Source: an uncultured Gemmatimonadales bacterium (GTDB lineage: Bacteria; Gemmatimonadota; Gemmatimonadetes; Gemmatimonadales; GWC2-71-9). Taken from it: DNA of 64,000 bases. The notes under the pieces were generated by a model that was given only the letters and a program-made list of their open reading frames with translations, had not been told where the DNA came from and ran no database searches. How positions within the stretch are numbered: the first letter of the stretch is position 1; every line of letters begins with the position of its first letter. Location: positions 1 through 64,000 of the forward strand of contig CAWCVB010000010.1 of NCBI GenBank assembly GCA_963798915.1. The letters are read 5' to 3'. Of this stretch, positions 30,915-40,418 are shown in pieces. A program made the position numbers and the translations under genes.

Positions 30915-31812
30915 GACGGCTCGTCCTGGAACGGCCGGGCTGGTGCCGGATCAGCACCACGGCGCCGAGCACCAGTCCGGCCGCCATGGCAGTGGCGGGC
31001 CCGATCCGTTCGTCACCCGTGAGCCAGGCAAGCCCGACGGCGACCACTGGATTGACGAATGCATAGGTGCCGACCGCGTGGGCTGTGCCCACCCGAAGCA
31101 GCCAGGTGTAGGCAACGAAGCCGATGATGGTGCCGCAGAGCACCAGAAAGGCGAGGGCGCCGGCCGCGCGCGGCGTAATCATGGCCAGGGACCAGTGAGC
31201 AAACTCGCCCGCTAGCAGACTGACTGCGGCCAGCACCAGCCCACCACCCGTCAGCTGCATTGCGGTGGACTGGAGCGAAGGAAGCGTGGACAGCCCCTCT
31301 CGCGCCACGATGGAGCCGAGCGCCCATGCAAGGGCCGCGGCGACCAGCAGAACCTGCTCCCGCCCCGTGGCGCCGCCCGCCCCGGTCCCGAGCACAGCAA
31401 CACCCGCGACGCCCAGCAGCAGGCCGGCGACCACGCGCCGGGATGGGAACTGGCGAGCGTGCACCGCCTGCAAGAGGACCATCCAGAGTGGAATCGCCGT
31501 GAGGATGAGGGCGGCCGTGCCCGATGGCACTCGGCGCTCAGCCCACGCGAGTACGGCCTGTCCTGCGGCAAAGAGGAGCGCACCGGCCAGAATGCTGAGC
31601 GCCCACTGCCTGCCAGTGGGCCGGACCAGCCCACGGCGCATCGTGAGCCAGCCGAACAGCAGGAGGGCGCCCATCGTGCAACGGAACGCGATGGCCAGAA
31701 AGGGGGGAACCGCCTCGACCACATAGCGGATGGCCAGATAGGTGCTGCCCCAGATGAAGTAGATCGCGGCAAAGGCGCCGATCAGCCCCGCCCGCCTCGG
31801 CGGCGCGTTCAT
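30763..31812 (-). CDS. EamA/DMT transporter (YedA-like)
   Basis: IYFIWGSTYLAI, YAFVNPVVAV; 10 TM. Confidence 0.9.
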   Translation of the reverse strand: MNAPPRRAGLIGAFAAIYFIWGSTYLAIRYVVEAVPPFLAIAFRCTMGALLLFGWLTMRRGLVRPTGRQWALSILAGALLFAAGQAVLAWAERRVPSGTAALILTAIPLWMVLLQAVHARQFPSRRVVAGLLLGVAGVAVLGTGAGGATGREQVLLVAAALAWALGSIVAREGLSTLPSLQSTAMQLTGGGLVLAAVSLLAGEFAHWSLAMITPRAAGALAFLVLCGTIIGFVAYTWLLRVGTAHAVGTYAFVNPVVAVGLAWLTGDERIGPATAMAAGLVLGAVVLIRHQPGRSRTSRLTPDSPLRTPHPAPPARAPVFRCAGPADSDFLPPRVGLTRQTPRCCSPAP

Positions 31813-32126
31813 GGCGAATGCCGGAGATCACGATCGAGCGAGAAGTGCTGCACTATCACGTCGCGCCGGGTCAGGTATCGGTCGTCCTCCGGATAGAACC
31901 GGGCCGATTCGATGTCCCGGCCAGCGAAGGCCCGAATGCTCTCCTCGGTGTCCCAGTAGGAAAGAAAGCGGAACTCGGTCTCGGTTCCTACCGGCCTGCG
32001 CAGCACCATGACGCCGCGGTTGCCAGGAGTCGCAAGACAGTCGGCGACCCCCGTGCGATCGACGTAGTCGAGATAGGCATCGGCATCCGCGGCTGCCGTG
32101 GCACCGCGCCAGCTTCGTACGATCAT
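31809..32126 (-). CDS. Antibiotic biosynthesis monooxygenase-like dimeric alpha/beta protein
   Basis: MIVRSWRG, TPGNRG, IRAFAG.DIE.ARFYPEDD. Confidence 0.8.
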   Translation of the reverse strand: MIVRSWRGATAAADADAYLDYVDRTGVADCLATPGNRGVMVLRRPVGTETEFRFLSYWDTEESIRAFAGRDIESARFYPEDDRYLTRRDVIVQHFSLDRDLRHSP

Positions 32127-32133
32127 GGCTGCC

Positions 32134-32208
32134 TCACAGCAGTGTGGTGCGGGCGAGCGGGCTGGCGATCCTGGTCCACAGAGTCCACCAGCGATCGATC
32201 CAGGTCAT
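32134..32208 (-). CDS. Trp-rich small ORF (24 aa)
   Basis: AAGGAG RBS; MTWIDRWWTLWTRIASPLARTTLL; stop overlaps the RBS of the next gene. Confidence 0.5.
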   Translation of the reverse strand: MTWIDRWWTLWTRIASPLARTTLL

Positions 32209-32230
32209 GTGCTGCTCCTTGCGCCTCATG

Positions 32231-32308
32231 GTATAACCACCAATATTCCCCATACGGGTTATACAATACTGGTGATCCTATAACCTGTCAAGAGTATTTT
32301 GGAGGTTA
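32231..32308. promoter_or_regulatory. Two palindromic operators TAACC-N18-GGTTA
   Basis: GTATAACC-N18-GGTTATAC (32231-32264) and TAACC-N18-GGTTA (32281-32308). Confidence 0.75.
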
Positions 32309-32310
32309 GT

Positions 32311-32949
32311 GTGGCGCATGCACCGCCGGAGGGATCAGAACGGAACGTCGCCAACATGGCGCTGGTGGGGGGCAAACCTGTGGTGGACTTCGTCAACACG
32401 CTGAGCGACAGGGCGCTCCCCGCGCCCCTGGAGCGGCTGGCTACCTATCAGGACCTGTTGCTCTGGTGTGTCCGGTCCGAGCTCTTCGGCGAGGCAGAGA
32501 AGTCGCGGCTTGAGGCGCTGGCGGCGAAGCATCCGGCAGAGGCGGAGCACGCGCTCGCGCTGGCACGGACGCTTCGTGAACTGCTGTTCCGGCTCTTCGA
32601 TGCGACTGCGGAGGGACAGGATCCGCCAACAGAAGCCTTGGGGAACTTCAACACCATGCTGCAGGAGGCTGCGAGGCATCGCCGGCTGGAGTCGTCCGAC
32701 GGCGACCTCCGGTGGCTCTGGTTTCGTGGCGACGACCGGCTCGACTGGATGCTCTGGCCTCTCGTCTGGTCGGCGGCTGAGTTGCTGGAAAGCGACGACC
32801 GCGCGCGCCTCAAGGAGTGCGCCCAGAACGATTGCCGCTGGCTCTTCCTTGATCTCAGCAAGAACCGCAGCCGCCGTTGGTGCACCATGGAGGAATGCGG
32901 CAACCGGGCCAAGGCCAAGCGGCATTATGCGAAGAGGCGCAGGGGGTGA
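32311..32949 (+). CDS. ABATE/CGNR zinc-finger protein
   Basis: DFVNT, C..C.WLFLD.SKNRSRRWC.MEECGNRAK. Confidence 0.92.
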   Translation: MAHAPPEGSERNVANMALVGGKPVVDFVNTLSDRALPAPLERLATYQDLLLWCVRSELFGEAEKSRLEALAAKHPAEAEHALALARTLRELLFRLFDATAEGQDPPTEALGNFNTMLQEAARHRRLESSDGDLRWLWFRGDDRLDWMLWPLVWSAAELLESDDRARLKECAQNDCRWLFLDLSKNRSRRWCTMEECGNRAKAKRHYAKRRRG

Positions 32950-33141
32950 GGGCATGGAGGGTCGTGAGTCGGCTGGACGGCTGGACGGCTGGACGGCTAG
33001 CCCGAAGCGAATGATCGGTCATCCCGAGCAACGCGAGGGATCTTCTGGCCAGCGTCGGAACTAGGCGAGCAGATCGCTCGCTCGCCCTGCTCGCTCGGGG
33101 TGACACACCTGCTCGGTCCGCGACCCACGACCCATGACTCC
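32949..33141. repeat. (CGGCTGGA)3.5 and degenerate heptamer arms around a GTCA-type REP-like doublet
   Basis: 8-mer at 32970-33000; GTCATCCCGAGCAACGCGAGGGATCT at 33018-33043 with partner 33071-33104; CGACCCA-like units at 33121-33141. Confidence 0.75.
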
Positions 33142-33203
33142 ACCCTGTTGCGGCGCGGGCACCTGCATGTTTCTCTTGTTCCGACTCCCGATAGCGAGGT
33201 CCC

Positions 33204-33830
33204 GTGCCGCTGCCCCTCGCAGCGTGGGAAACGTTCTACGTCATTGCCGGCTCGTCTGGCGCCGTCCTCACCGGGCTGGTGTTCGTCGTCGTCTCGTTGG
33301 CGGCGGAGCGGGTTGACACCACGTCGACCGACGGCTTCGGCGCATTTTCTACACCCACCGTCACGCATTTCGTCGCCGTCCTCTTGCTCGCTGCCATCAT
33401 GACAGTCCCAGTGCAGACGATCGTGAGCCTGGCCATCTGTCTTGGCGGGTGCGCCGTCGCAGGCATTTTTGCCAGCACGCTCGCGGGCCTGCGCATGCGA
33501 CGACTGCGAAGTTATTCTGCTGGCGCCGACGATTGGACCTGGCATGTCATTCTGCCGTTCATCACCTACGTAATCCTGCTCGCCATGGCCCTGCTGCTTG
33601 CCAAGGCGGAGACCTTCGCGCTGGTGGGGGTCGCTGCCGCTGCCATGGCGCTCCTCGCTATTGGCATCCACAATGCCTGGGACGTAGCCGTCTTTCTGGT
33701 CGCCTCTGACCTTCCACGCAGTCGTGGCCCCGACGCCGCTTCGGCTTCTGCCTCCGCAGCGCCGGAGCATCCGCCGGCTGCGACATCCGTCACCCAAGCC
33801 GCAGATAGCCCACTGCCGGGGGGCGACTGA
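33204..33830 (+). CDS. Hypothetical membrane protein
   Basis: WETFYVIAGSSGAVLTGLVFVVVSL, IGIHNAWD; multi-TM. Confidence 0.8.
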   Translation: MPLPLAAWETFYVIAGSSGAVLTGLVFVVVSLAAERVDTTSTDGFGAFSTPTVTHFVAVLLLAAIMTVPVQTIVSLAICLGGCAVAGIFASTLAGLRMRRLRSYSAGADDWTWHVILPFITYVILLAMALLLAKAETFALVGVAAAAMALLAIGIHNAWDVAVFLVASDLPRSRGPDAASASASAAPEHPPAATSVTQAADSPLPGGD

Positions 33831-35167
33831 GCACCACCGACGTCGCGATCATCGGAGCGGGCGTCGCGGGACTGGCTGCCGCCCGCCATCTGGCAGCAGC
33901 CGGCCTGGACGTCACCGTGCTCGAAGCGCGCGACCGGATTGGTGGCCGCGTGTGGACCGTCCATGATCCGGGCCTGGCCGTCCCGATCGAGCTGGGCGCC
34001 GAGTTTGTCCATGGGGCCGCGCCACCGGTCGAGGAGGTGGCGCGCGCCGCGCGCCTGGAACTCGTGGATATCAACGGGAGCTTTCTTACCGGAACTGGCG
34101 GAAGACTGCATCCGGCCGATCGCCTCTGGACGCGGCTCGGCCGAGTGTTCCAGCACCTCGATGCGCAGCGGCAGCCGGACCGGTCATTTGCCGAGGTGCT
34201 CGCCAGCATTCCCGGCATGCGGCCCGCCGACCGGCGAATGGCAACGCAATATGTCGAGGGCTTTGAGGCCGCCGACCCCACCCGAATCAGTGAGCGCGCC
34301 CTGGCCCGCTCGCTGAATCGCCCCGACGGCGACGGCAACGATAGTGCGAGGGTGCAAGGAGGCTATGACGGAATCGTGAATGCTCTGGCGGCGCCGGTGG
34401 GCCCGCGCATCAAGCTCCAGCACATCGTGACCGCGGTGAGGTGGAGGCCAGGGGAAGTGGAACTTCGGATCCGGTCGCACTCTGGCAGGCCGCTACTGAC
34501 GCTTTCGGCGCGGGTCGTGCTGGTCACCGTGCCGCTGGGCGTGCTCACGGCGCCGCCCGAGGCGGCGGCGCGAATCGCGTTCGATCCCCCGCTGCCCTCG
34601 CAGGAGCGCGCCATGCAGTCGCTGGCGGTGGGTGCGGCGATACGCGTCTCCCTGGTACTCGACGAGCCTTTCTGGCTGTCCCGGCGGTTTGCCGCGCGGC
34701 GGGGTCATCGCAACTTCAGCAATATGTCATTCGTGCTGGCGGGCTCGGTCGTTCCCTTCCCTGCCTGGTGGACGGCCTATCCCACGCAGGCACCGTTGCT
34801 GGTCGGATGGCTCGGCGGCCCGAGGGCGCGGGCGATGTCGAACCAGCCGCGCGCCGCGATCGTCCGTGACGCCATCCACTCGGCCGCGGTGCTGTTCGGC
34901 ATGTCGCCCACGTCCGTCGCTCGGCAAGTGCGGCAGGTCCACACGCATGACTGGAACAACGACCCGTTTTCGCTTGGTGCCTACAGCTACGCCTGCGTCG
35001 GTGGGGCAACCGCGGCGGCCTCCCTGGCGCGTCCGGTCAAGGACACGGTGTATTTCGCCGGCGAGCACGTATATGGCCGAGGCCGCGAGGGTACGGTGGA
35101 TGGCGCGATCGCATCCGGGCGTCATGCCGCGGAACTGGTGATACGGGCAGCGGAGCGATCAAAGTAG
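33827..35167 (+). CDS. Flavin monoamine oxidase family protein (probable CTG start)
   Basis: DVAIIGAGVAGLAAA, LEARDRIGGR, ELGAEFVHG, GAYSY, FAGEH, GTVDGAIASG. Confidence 0.88.
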   Translation: MSTTDVAIIGAGVAGLAAARHLAAAGLDVTVLEARDRIGGRVWTVHDPGLAVPIELGAEFVHGAAPPVEEVARAARLELVDINGSFLTGTGGRLHPADRLWTRLGRVFQHLDAQRQPDRSFAEVLASIPGMRPADRRMATQYVEGFEAADPTRISERALARSLNRPDGDGNDSARVQGGYDGIVNALAAPVGPRIKLQHIVTAVRWRPGEVELRIRSHSGRPLLTLSARVVLVTVPLGVLTAPPEAAARIAFDPPLPSQERAMQSLAVGAAIRVSLVLDEPFWLSRRFAARRGHRNFSNMSFVLAGSVVPFPAWWTAYPTQAPLLVGWLGGPRARAMSNQPRAAIVRDAIHSAAVLFGMSPTSVARQVRQVHTHDWNNDPFSLGAYSYACVGGATAAASLARPVKDTVYFAGEHVYGRGREGTVDGAIASGRHAAELVIRAAERSK

Positions 35168-35296
35168 GACCGGGCGACGCAGGTCGACCCGGCCACAGGT
35201 GCGCCACTGGCGCTGGTGGTCGCTGGTCTCAGCATTCTCACACGGCTGAAGCCGTTGCTTGGCCCGTGTCGCCGGCGGCGACATCTCTCCAACGCA

Positions 35297-35623
35297 TCAG
35301 TTCGTTTCTTCGTCCACCGCACCCAGGAGTCGCACGTACAGAGCGACCGCCGCGAAGAGCCCCAGCGTCAGTGGACCGATAACTACCACCTCGGGTTGAG
35401 CTCCAAGAACGAGGAAGAGCACGCAGCCAATCACCAGGTGTGCCCCCCAGTTGACGCGCGGTGAGTGGATGGCCAGAAGCGTGCGCGCCTCGATGCGTGA
35501 CCGCATGCCGAGCGGCAGTGGCGCCTCCTCGCGGAGGGCGGCGCGCAGCGTCTCCACGTCGTCGGGCGTGAGCGGCTCTGGGCTCGCGATCGGAGCGTCG
35601 GGATGAGAGCGGTCAGGCATCAT
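35297..35623 (-). CDS. Putative anti-sigma membrane protein
   Basis: ATGA overlap with the ECF sigma; C-terminal TMs. Confidence 0.6.
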   Translation of the reverse strand: MMPDRSHPDAPIASPEPLTPDDVETLRAALREEAPLPLGMRSRIEARTLLAIHSPRVNWGAHLVIGCVLFLVLGAQPEVVVIGPLTLGLFAAVALYVRLLGAVDEETN

Positions 35624-36165
35624 GGTACATCCGAGGGACATGGGTTTGCGGCCGGCGGCGTCTCCAGAACAGTCAACTCCCCGCGAAGCCGATGAAGCGC
35701 GCGTGACAGCGAGGCTTTGACGGTGCCCTCCGCCCGATCGATGGCCACCGCCGTTTCGGCAGTCGAGAGCCCCTCGAGCACACGAAGCACCAGCACCCGT
35801 CGCTGCAGTGGCGGCAAGCGCGCTACGGCGCGCCAGAGCCGTGACCGGGGGTGCAGGTTTGCGAGCTCTCCTTGCTCCGCGACCGGAGTGGGCCACGCCC
35901 AGATGCGGCGCAGCCGCTCGCGTCGCTGAACACGGCGTTGATGGTCTCGCGCCACGTTCAAGGCAATCACGATCAGCCATGCGCGCACCGGGCTCTCGAT
36001 CCGGCGGGCAGGTGCCGCGTCATAGGCGCGGAGCCAGACCTCCTGCAGCAGGTCCTCGGCCTCCACGGCGCCAGAGGCGTATGAGGACACAACCGCGAGC
36101 AGGTGGCCGCTGTACTCCCGCATCCAGCGCCGCAGTTCATGCTCGGCGAGCTCTGGACCGGGCAT
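35620..36165 (-). CDS. ECF sigma factor
   Basis: AEDLLQEVWLRA, WLIVIALN, LPPLQRRVLVLR, GTVKASLSRA. Confidence 0.9.
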   Translation of the reverse strand: MPGPELAEHELRRWMREYSGHLLAVVSSYASGAVEAEDLLQEVWLRAYDAAPARRIESPVRAWLIVIALNVARDHQRRVQRRERLRRIWAWPTPVAEQGELANLHPRSRLWRAVARLPPLQRRVLVLRVLEGLSTAETAVAIDRAEGTVKASLSRALHRLRGELTVLETPPAANPCPSDVP

Positions 36166-36170
36166 GAAAT

Positions 36171-37029
36171 TCAGGGCTCCGCCTCGCGCACGACACGAGC
36201 CGCGGCGCGCCAACCGAACGCGGCGAGAACGACTGCGGGCAGCGCGGCGAGTGGAATCCAGAACATCGAGCTGTGACCTGCGCTCATGCTGACCATCCGG
36301 TTCTGATTCAGCTCGCCGAGGTAGTCGACGGTGTACAGGACCACCATCCAGGCAATGACCACCAGCCCGATTCGTTTCACGCGCCTTGATCGGAATGTGA
36401 CGTGCTTTGCGCTCAACGCGAGCAGCCCAAGCACCAGTCCGCATGTGATGAACGGCCGAAGGAAACCGGCCAGCTGCATGGCAGTCCGCACGGCCTCAAT
36501 GCGAACCAGGACATCAGGCGCGACCGGCTCGAACGCCCTCAGTCGATACTCTGGCCTCGTCGTGTCAGGCGGGGCCCAACTCGGCTGAATATCATGGATG
36601 GTGACTTGGCCTCGCGCGAAGGCCGCGGCCCTTTCGAGTGTGCCGATGGTGTCGTGGATCGTGAGAAATGGTGGCTTGCGTGTTGGGCCACTCCGAGTCG
36701 CCAGCGTGGGCGTATTCGGCGCGGTTCACTTGCGGACCGATCCAGACGTCGTAGACAATCATGGCGCCAATGGTAAGGACAGCTATGATGACGGCCGTCC
36801 TCATGGCACCCCGGTGCAGGTCCAGCACGGCAAGTGAGATTCCCGCCGCCAGCGGTAATTCGCCGATCAGAAGCCAAGGCAACCGGAAGCCCAGCGCGCG
36901 TGCCACCCCGAACCAGGGCATTGGACTCGGATGGGGCACGTGGATATAGCTGTTGAGCTGCCACACAAGATCGTACAATACCAGCAGGAGGAGTACCAGC
37001 GCGAAGTGCTTCCACACGGTCCGTTGCAT
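36171..37029 (-). pseudogene. Hypothetical membrane protein split by one frameshift near 36670
   Basis: The downstream ORF frame stays open back to ~36670, overlapping the upstream ORF. Confidence 0.6.
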
Positions 37030-37140
37030 GGTGGCTCCCGGGAACAGGTACCTGACGGCATCACGATATCTTATCGCCAGAACGTCAGGAACCGGCCGAC
37101 CGGTTTACACGATCATCTCGGGAGCGGAAGCACCCTGCGC

Positions 37141-38805
37141 TCAGAATCCCCGGAAGGGTGGGCTCGCAAAATTGTAGTGGTAAGTCAGGAAGAAGGGCCC
37201 GTAGGCCAGGGCGATGAGGACGATGAGCACCAGGGCCCAGAGCCAGATGCGATCGAGGTTTCGTTCCCAGCCGGTGGTGGCTGGCGCGGTGAGCTGCTCG
37301 GAAATCGGGATATCCACCGGGGCACTGCCAACGCGCCCCCGCAGCACCGTCATGGCGACAACAACAAAGAAGAGCAGGATGCCCAGGAACATGAGTGATC
37401 CGCCGACGCCAGTCAGGATCCCACCCAGGTGCCATGCCGGATCGTCGTAGGTCGCGCCAGCCCGGAAGATCCGGCGGGGCATGCCCGCCAGCCCAGCCGA
37501 GATCATGCCACGCGCGAAGATCATGATGCCGATGCCATAGATCCACGATGAGGCGAGTGCCACCTTCCGGCCCCACAGCCCCTTGCCGGTCAGATAGGGC
37601 ACGAGCCAGTAGGCCACGCCCATGAACGTGAGCGTCACGGCGCTGCCGACCGTCATGTGAAAATGGCCCGGCACCCAGGTCGTGTTGTGGATGACCTGGT
37701 TCATGGTAAAGCTGGCGTTCACGAGACCGGTGGCGCCGCCCAGCACGAACGTGAGCATGGCCAGCAGCTGCGCCGTGACCGACGGGTCGCTCCACGGCAG
37801 GGCCCGGATCCATCCGAGCAGGCCGGTTCCGCCTCGCCGCCGTCCGCCGATTTCAAGTGATGCCATGACGGAGAACGCCGTGGCGAGACTCGGAAAGAAC
37901 ACGCCGAACGTGAGCACCAGCTGCACCGCCTTCATGCCGGCAGGGATGCCCGGGTCGGTGAACTGGTGATGAAGCCCGGTGGGCTGCGAGAGCAGCAGAA
38001 AGAGAATGAACGTGCCACGGGCATACTGGTCGCTCACTACGACCCCGCCCACCTGGCGTGGGATGAGGGCATACCAGCTCACGTAGGCCGGCAGGAGCCA
38101 GGCATAGACGATGGCGTGGCCGGTGAACCAGAAGAGGGTCCGGGTGAACAGGGGATCAATGTAGGTGCGAAGTCCCAGTGACCAGGGAAGCAGGAAACCG
38201 AGAAAGGAGACAGCAATGGGCAGGGAGGCGAAGAACCACATGACCCATGACACGATCGAAATGAACGCCAGCAGCGGCACCCGGGCCCCGGCGTGTTCCC
38301 GCTTCCAGGCCCGCAACGCCAGCAGCATGTTGAGCAGCGCCAGCCAGGTGCTCACCACCACCAGCGCCAGGCCCAGGTAGAACGTCCAGTGGGCCTGCAG
38401 CGGCGCATAGGCCGTGTAGAGCACGCTGGCCTGGTTGCTCACCACCGCGTAGATCACCAGCACGTTCCCGATCACGAGCGTGCCGAGCGTGGCCCAGAGC
38501 AGTTGCAGGCTGAGCGGCCGGCCCAGCGAGCGTCCGCACATCAGCGGCAGGAAGGCATTGCCGAACGAGAAGGTGAAGATGATGGCGTTGGCCACGCCGT
38601 GCGCGGTGAGGCCCTGGTAGTATGTCTTGAGGGCCGGGAAATAACCCAGCACGTTGATGTGGGCGTAGCTCAGCGCGTTGGCCAGTCCATGGAAAATCCC
38701 GGCGGTCAGCGCCAGGTATCCCACGTACAGCGTCCACCGGATCACGCGGCGATGCGACGCCGGCAGCTCGTAACCGGTGGGATCGAAGACGGTGGTCGTG
38801 GTCAT
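37141..38805 (-). CDS. cbaA: ba3-type (B-family) heme-copper oxidase subunit I
   Basis: YYQGLTAHG, LFWFTGHAIVY, GLHHQFTDPGI, WVPGHFHMTVG, GMPRR. Confidence 0.93.
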   Translation of the reverse strand: MTTTTVFDPTGYELPASHRRVIRWTLYVGYLALTAGIFHGLANALSYAHINVLGYFPALKTYYQGLTAHGVANAIIFTFSFGNAFLPLMCGRSLGRPLSLQLLWATLGTLVIGNVLVIYAVVSNQASVLYTAYAPLQAHWTFYLGLALVVVSTWLALLNMLLALRAWKREHAGARVPLLAFISIVSWVMWFFASLPIAVSFLGFLLPWSLGLRTYIDPLFTRTLFWFTGHAIVYAWLLPAYVSWYALIPRQVGGVVVSDQYARGTFILFLLLSQPTGLHHQFTDPGIPAGMKAVQLVLTFGVFFPSLATAFSVMASLEIGGRRRGGTGLLGWIRALPWSDPSVTAQLLAMLTFVLGGATGLVNASFTMNQVIHNTTWVPGHFHMTVGSAVTLTFMGVAYWLVPYLTGKGLWGRKVALASSWIYGIGIMIFARGMISAGLAGMPRRIFRAGATYDDPAWHLGGILTGVGGSLMFLGILLFFVVVAMTVLRGRVGSAPVDIPISEQLTAPATTGWERNLDRIWLWALVLIVLIALAYGPFFLTYHYNFASPPFRGF

Positions 38806-39269
38806 TCGACGATCACCTTTCCGTACATGGTCTGGTGGCCAAGACCGCAATACTCATGGCAGATGAGGAGATACTCGCCGGGCTCGCTGAAGTGGTGGGT
38901 CGCGCGCGAGACCTGGCCGGGAATCAGCATCATGTTGAGCCGGGTGCGCTCCACCTCGAAGCCGTGGATGATATCGGCGGACGTGGCGATGACGGTCAGG
39001 TCCGAGCCGGCCGGGATCCGGATCTCCCGCGGCATGAAGATCCAGGCCTGGGCGACCACGACCGCCTGGTACTGGTGGTCACCGACCTGCGTCACGCCGG
39101 GATGATCGAATGGCGGCGTCTTGTAGACCTGCTTCGGATCCAGCTCACCGACTGCCGTCGGCAGGTGCATCCCCCGAACGGTGGTGGCGTAGATCAGCGC
39201 GCCGAGGCAGGCGAGCAGCAGCGTCGCGCCCACGCTCAGGAAGGCCTTTTCGTAGGTATGGACGCGCAT
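38802..39269 (-). CDS. cbaB: ba3-type oxidase subunit II (CuA)
   Basis: DIIHGF, CHEYCGLGHQTM. Confidence 0.92.
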   Translation of the reverse strand: MRVHTYEKAFLSVGATLLLACLGALIYATTVRGMHLPTAVGELDPKQVYKTPPFDHPGVTQVGDHQYQAVVVAQAWIFMPREIRIPAGSDLTVIATSADIIHGFEVERTRLNMMLIPGQVSRATHHFSEPGEYLLICHEYCGLGHQTMYGKVIVE

Positions 39270-39274
39270 GAGGC

Positions 39275-39412
39275 TCAGCGGTTGAGGAGCGTGGAATACA
39301 TGACGATCCAGATCGCGAAGATGATCATGAGCAGAATGATCATGAGGAAGAGCGTGCCGGTCACGACCGGTTCCTCGTCTGGCTCGAGCGGCCCGCCGGG
39401 CTCGTCGCTCAT
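39275..39412 (-). CDS. ba3-type oxidase subunit IIa (single TM, 45 aa)
   Basis: MSDEPGGPLEPDEEPVVTGTLFLMIILLMIIFAIWIVMYSTLLNR; position in the operon. Below the ORF-track cutoff. Confidence 0.75.
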   Translation of the reverse strand: MSDEPGGPLEPDEEPVVTGTLFLMIILLMIIFAIWIVMYSTLLNR

Positions 39413-39663
39413 GAGACCCCCCTCTCGTCATGGGCTGTTGCCGGGCCACCCTGCCGGGCCGCCCAGCGGGCAGCGAACCGCCAGACCAGCAGCAGTGCGA
39501 TCAACAATGGCACGGAAATGAGCAGGCGCGGCAGGTTCACGTGCCCGGCGAGCAGCTGGTTCAGCGATTCCCACACATAGGCAAGGAGGGGCGCTCCCAG
39601 CAGGGCAAAGCCGGCTATCCCAAGCATCAGCGGCAGGGCACGAGGGGATCGGGACTCAGCCAA
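39409..39663 (-). CDS. Small membrane protein in the oxidase operon
   Basis: 2 TM; ATGA overlap; AGAGG RBS. Confidence 0.65.
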   Translation of the reverse strand: MAESRSPRALPLMLGIAGFALLGAPLLAYVWESLNQLLAGHVNLPRLLISVPLLIALLLVWRFAARWAARQGGPATAHDERGVS

Positions 39664-39805
39664 GGCAGTCCTCTGGGTATCAGCGATTCAATCTGGATCG
39701 AGGCATGCGACCAGCGAAGGCAACCTGGCCAAACTATGACCGGTCGGCGGAACAAGCATGAAGATTCCATGAAGAATGGATGAGGCCGGCCGGAAGGGGC
39801 TGGGG

Positions 39806-40372
39806 CTAGAGTTCAGCCTCGAGGCAGACCTGGCAGATGCCGTGGCTCAGCCGGATCCGGCTGTGAAGGTTCACGTACCGTTCAACGCTCCAGGACGCGT
39901 CATCGTGCAGGATTTCCCGGCAGTAGCCGCAGACCGACAGCACAGGCCCCGCACGCTTCAGCTCGGCCACGGCCTCGGCCAGTTCGCGCCGCTGGCGCTC
40001 GCGTTCCGCGTCGGCCAGCTTGAGCGCCGTGATGTCGGAGGCTACCGAGTAGATAGCACGTTCGCCGGTATCGGGCGCAGCATGCCACAGCAGCCACCGG
40101 TACGATCCGTTCTTGCAAAGGTAGCGATTCTCGAACGCGACCGCCTGCCCGCCCCGTCGCACTTCGGCATTCTGCCTGCGGGTGCGCTCGCGGTCGCCAG
40201 GGTGCACGAACGCGGTAAAGGGCCGGGACATGAGCTCGTCCCGGCTGAAGCCCAGGACCCGCTCCCAAGCCGGATTCAGCCGCGTGAAGTGGCCGCTGAA
40301 ATCCAGCCTGCAGAGCAGGTCAACTGCGATCGCAAAGCTGTGGTCGTCAAGGGCCTCATCCGTCGGCCGCAG
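39806..40372 (-). CDS. Single PAS-domain protein (start uncertain)
   Basis: In-frame PAS start DLLCRLDFSGHFTRLNPAWERVLG upstream of ATG 40231; FENRYLCKNGSYRWL; C-terminal CGYC...SHGIC..C. Confidence 0.75.
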   Translation of the reverse strand: MRPTDEALDDHSFAIAVDLLCRLDFSGHFTRLNPAWERVLGFSRDELMSRPFTAFVHPGDRERTRRQNAEVRRGGQAVAFENRYLCKNGSYRWLLWHAAPDTGERAIYSVASDITALKLADAERERQRRELAEAVAELKRAGPVLSVCGYCREILHDDASWSVERYVNLHSRIRLSHGICQVCLEAEL

Positions 40373-40418
40373 GCCGGGGGCGGCCGCAGGCCGGGGGGCG
40401 GCCGCAGGCCGCCCCTAC
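40364..40418. repeat. GTAG REP with triplicated core
   Basis: Minus strand GTAGGGGCGGCCTGCGGCCGCCC; core GGCCTGCGGCCG occurs three times. Confidence 0.8.

Noticed and set aside
39685..39705. FNR box upstream of the ba3 oxidase
   Set aside because: TCAAT-N4-ATCGA has too many mismatches to TTGAT-N4-ATCAA.
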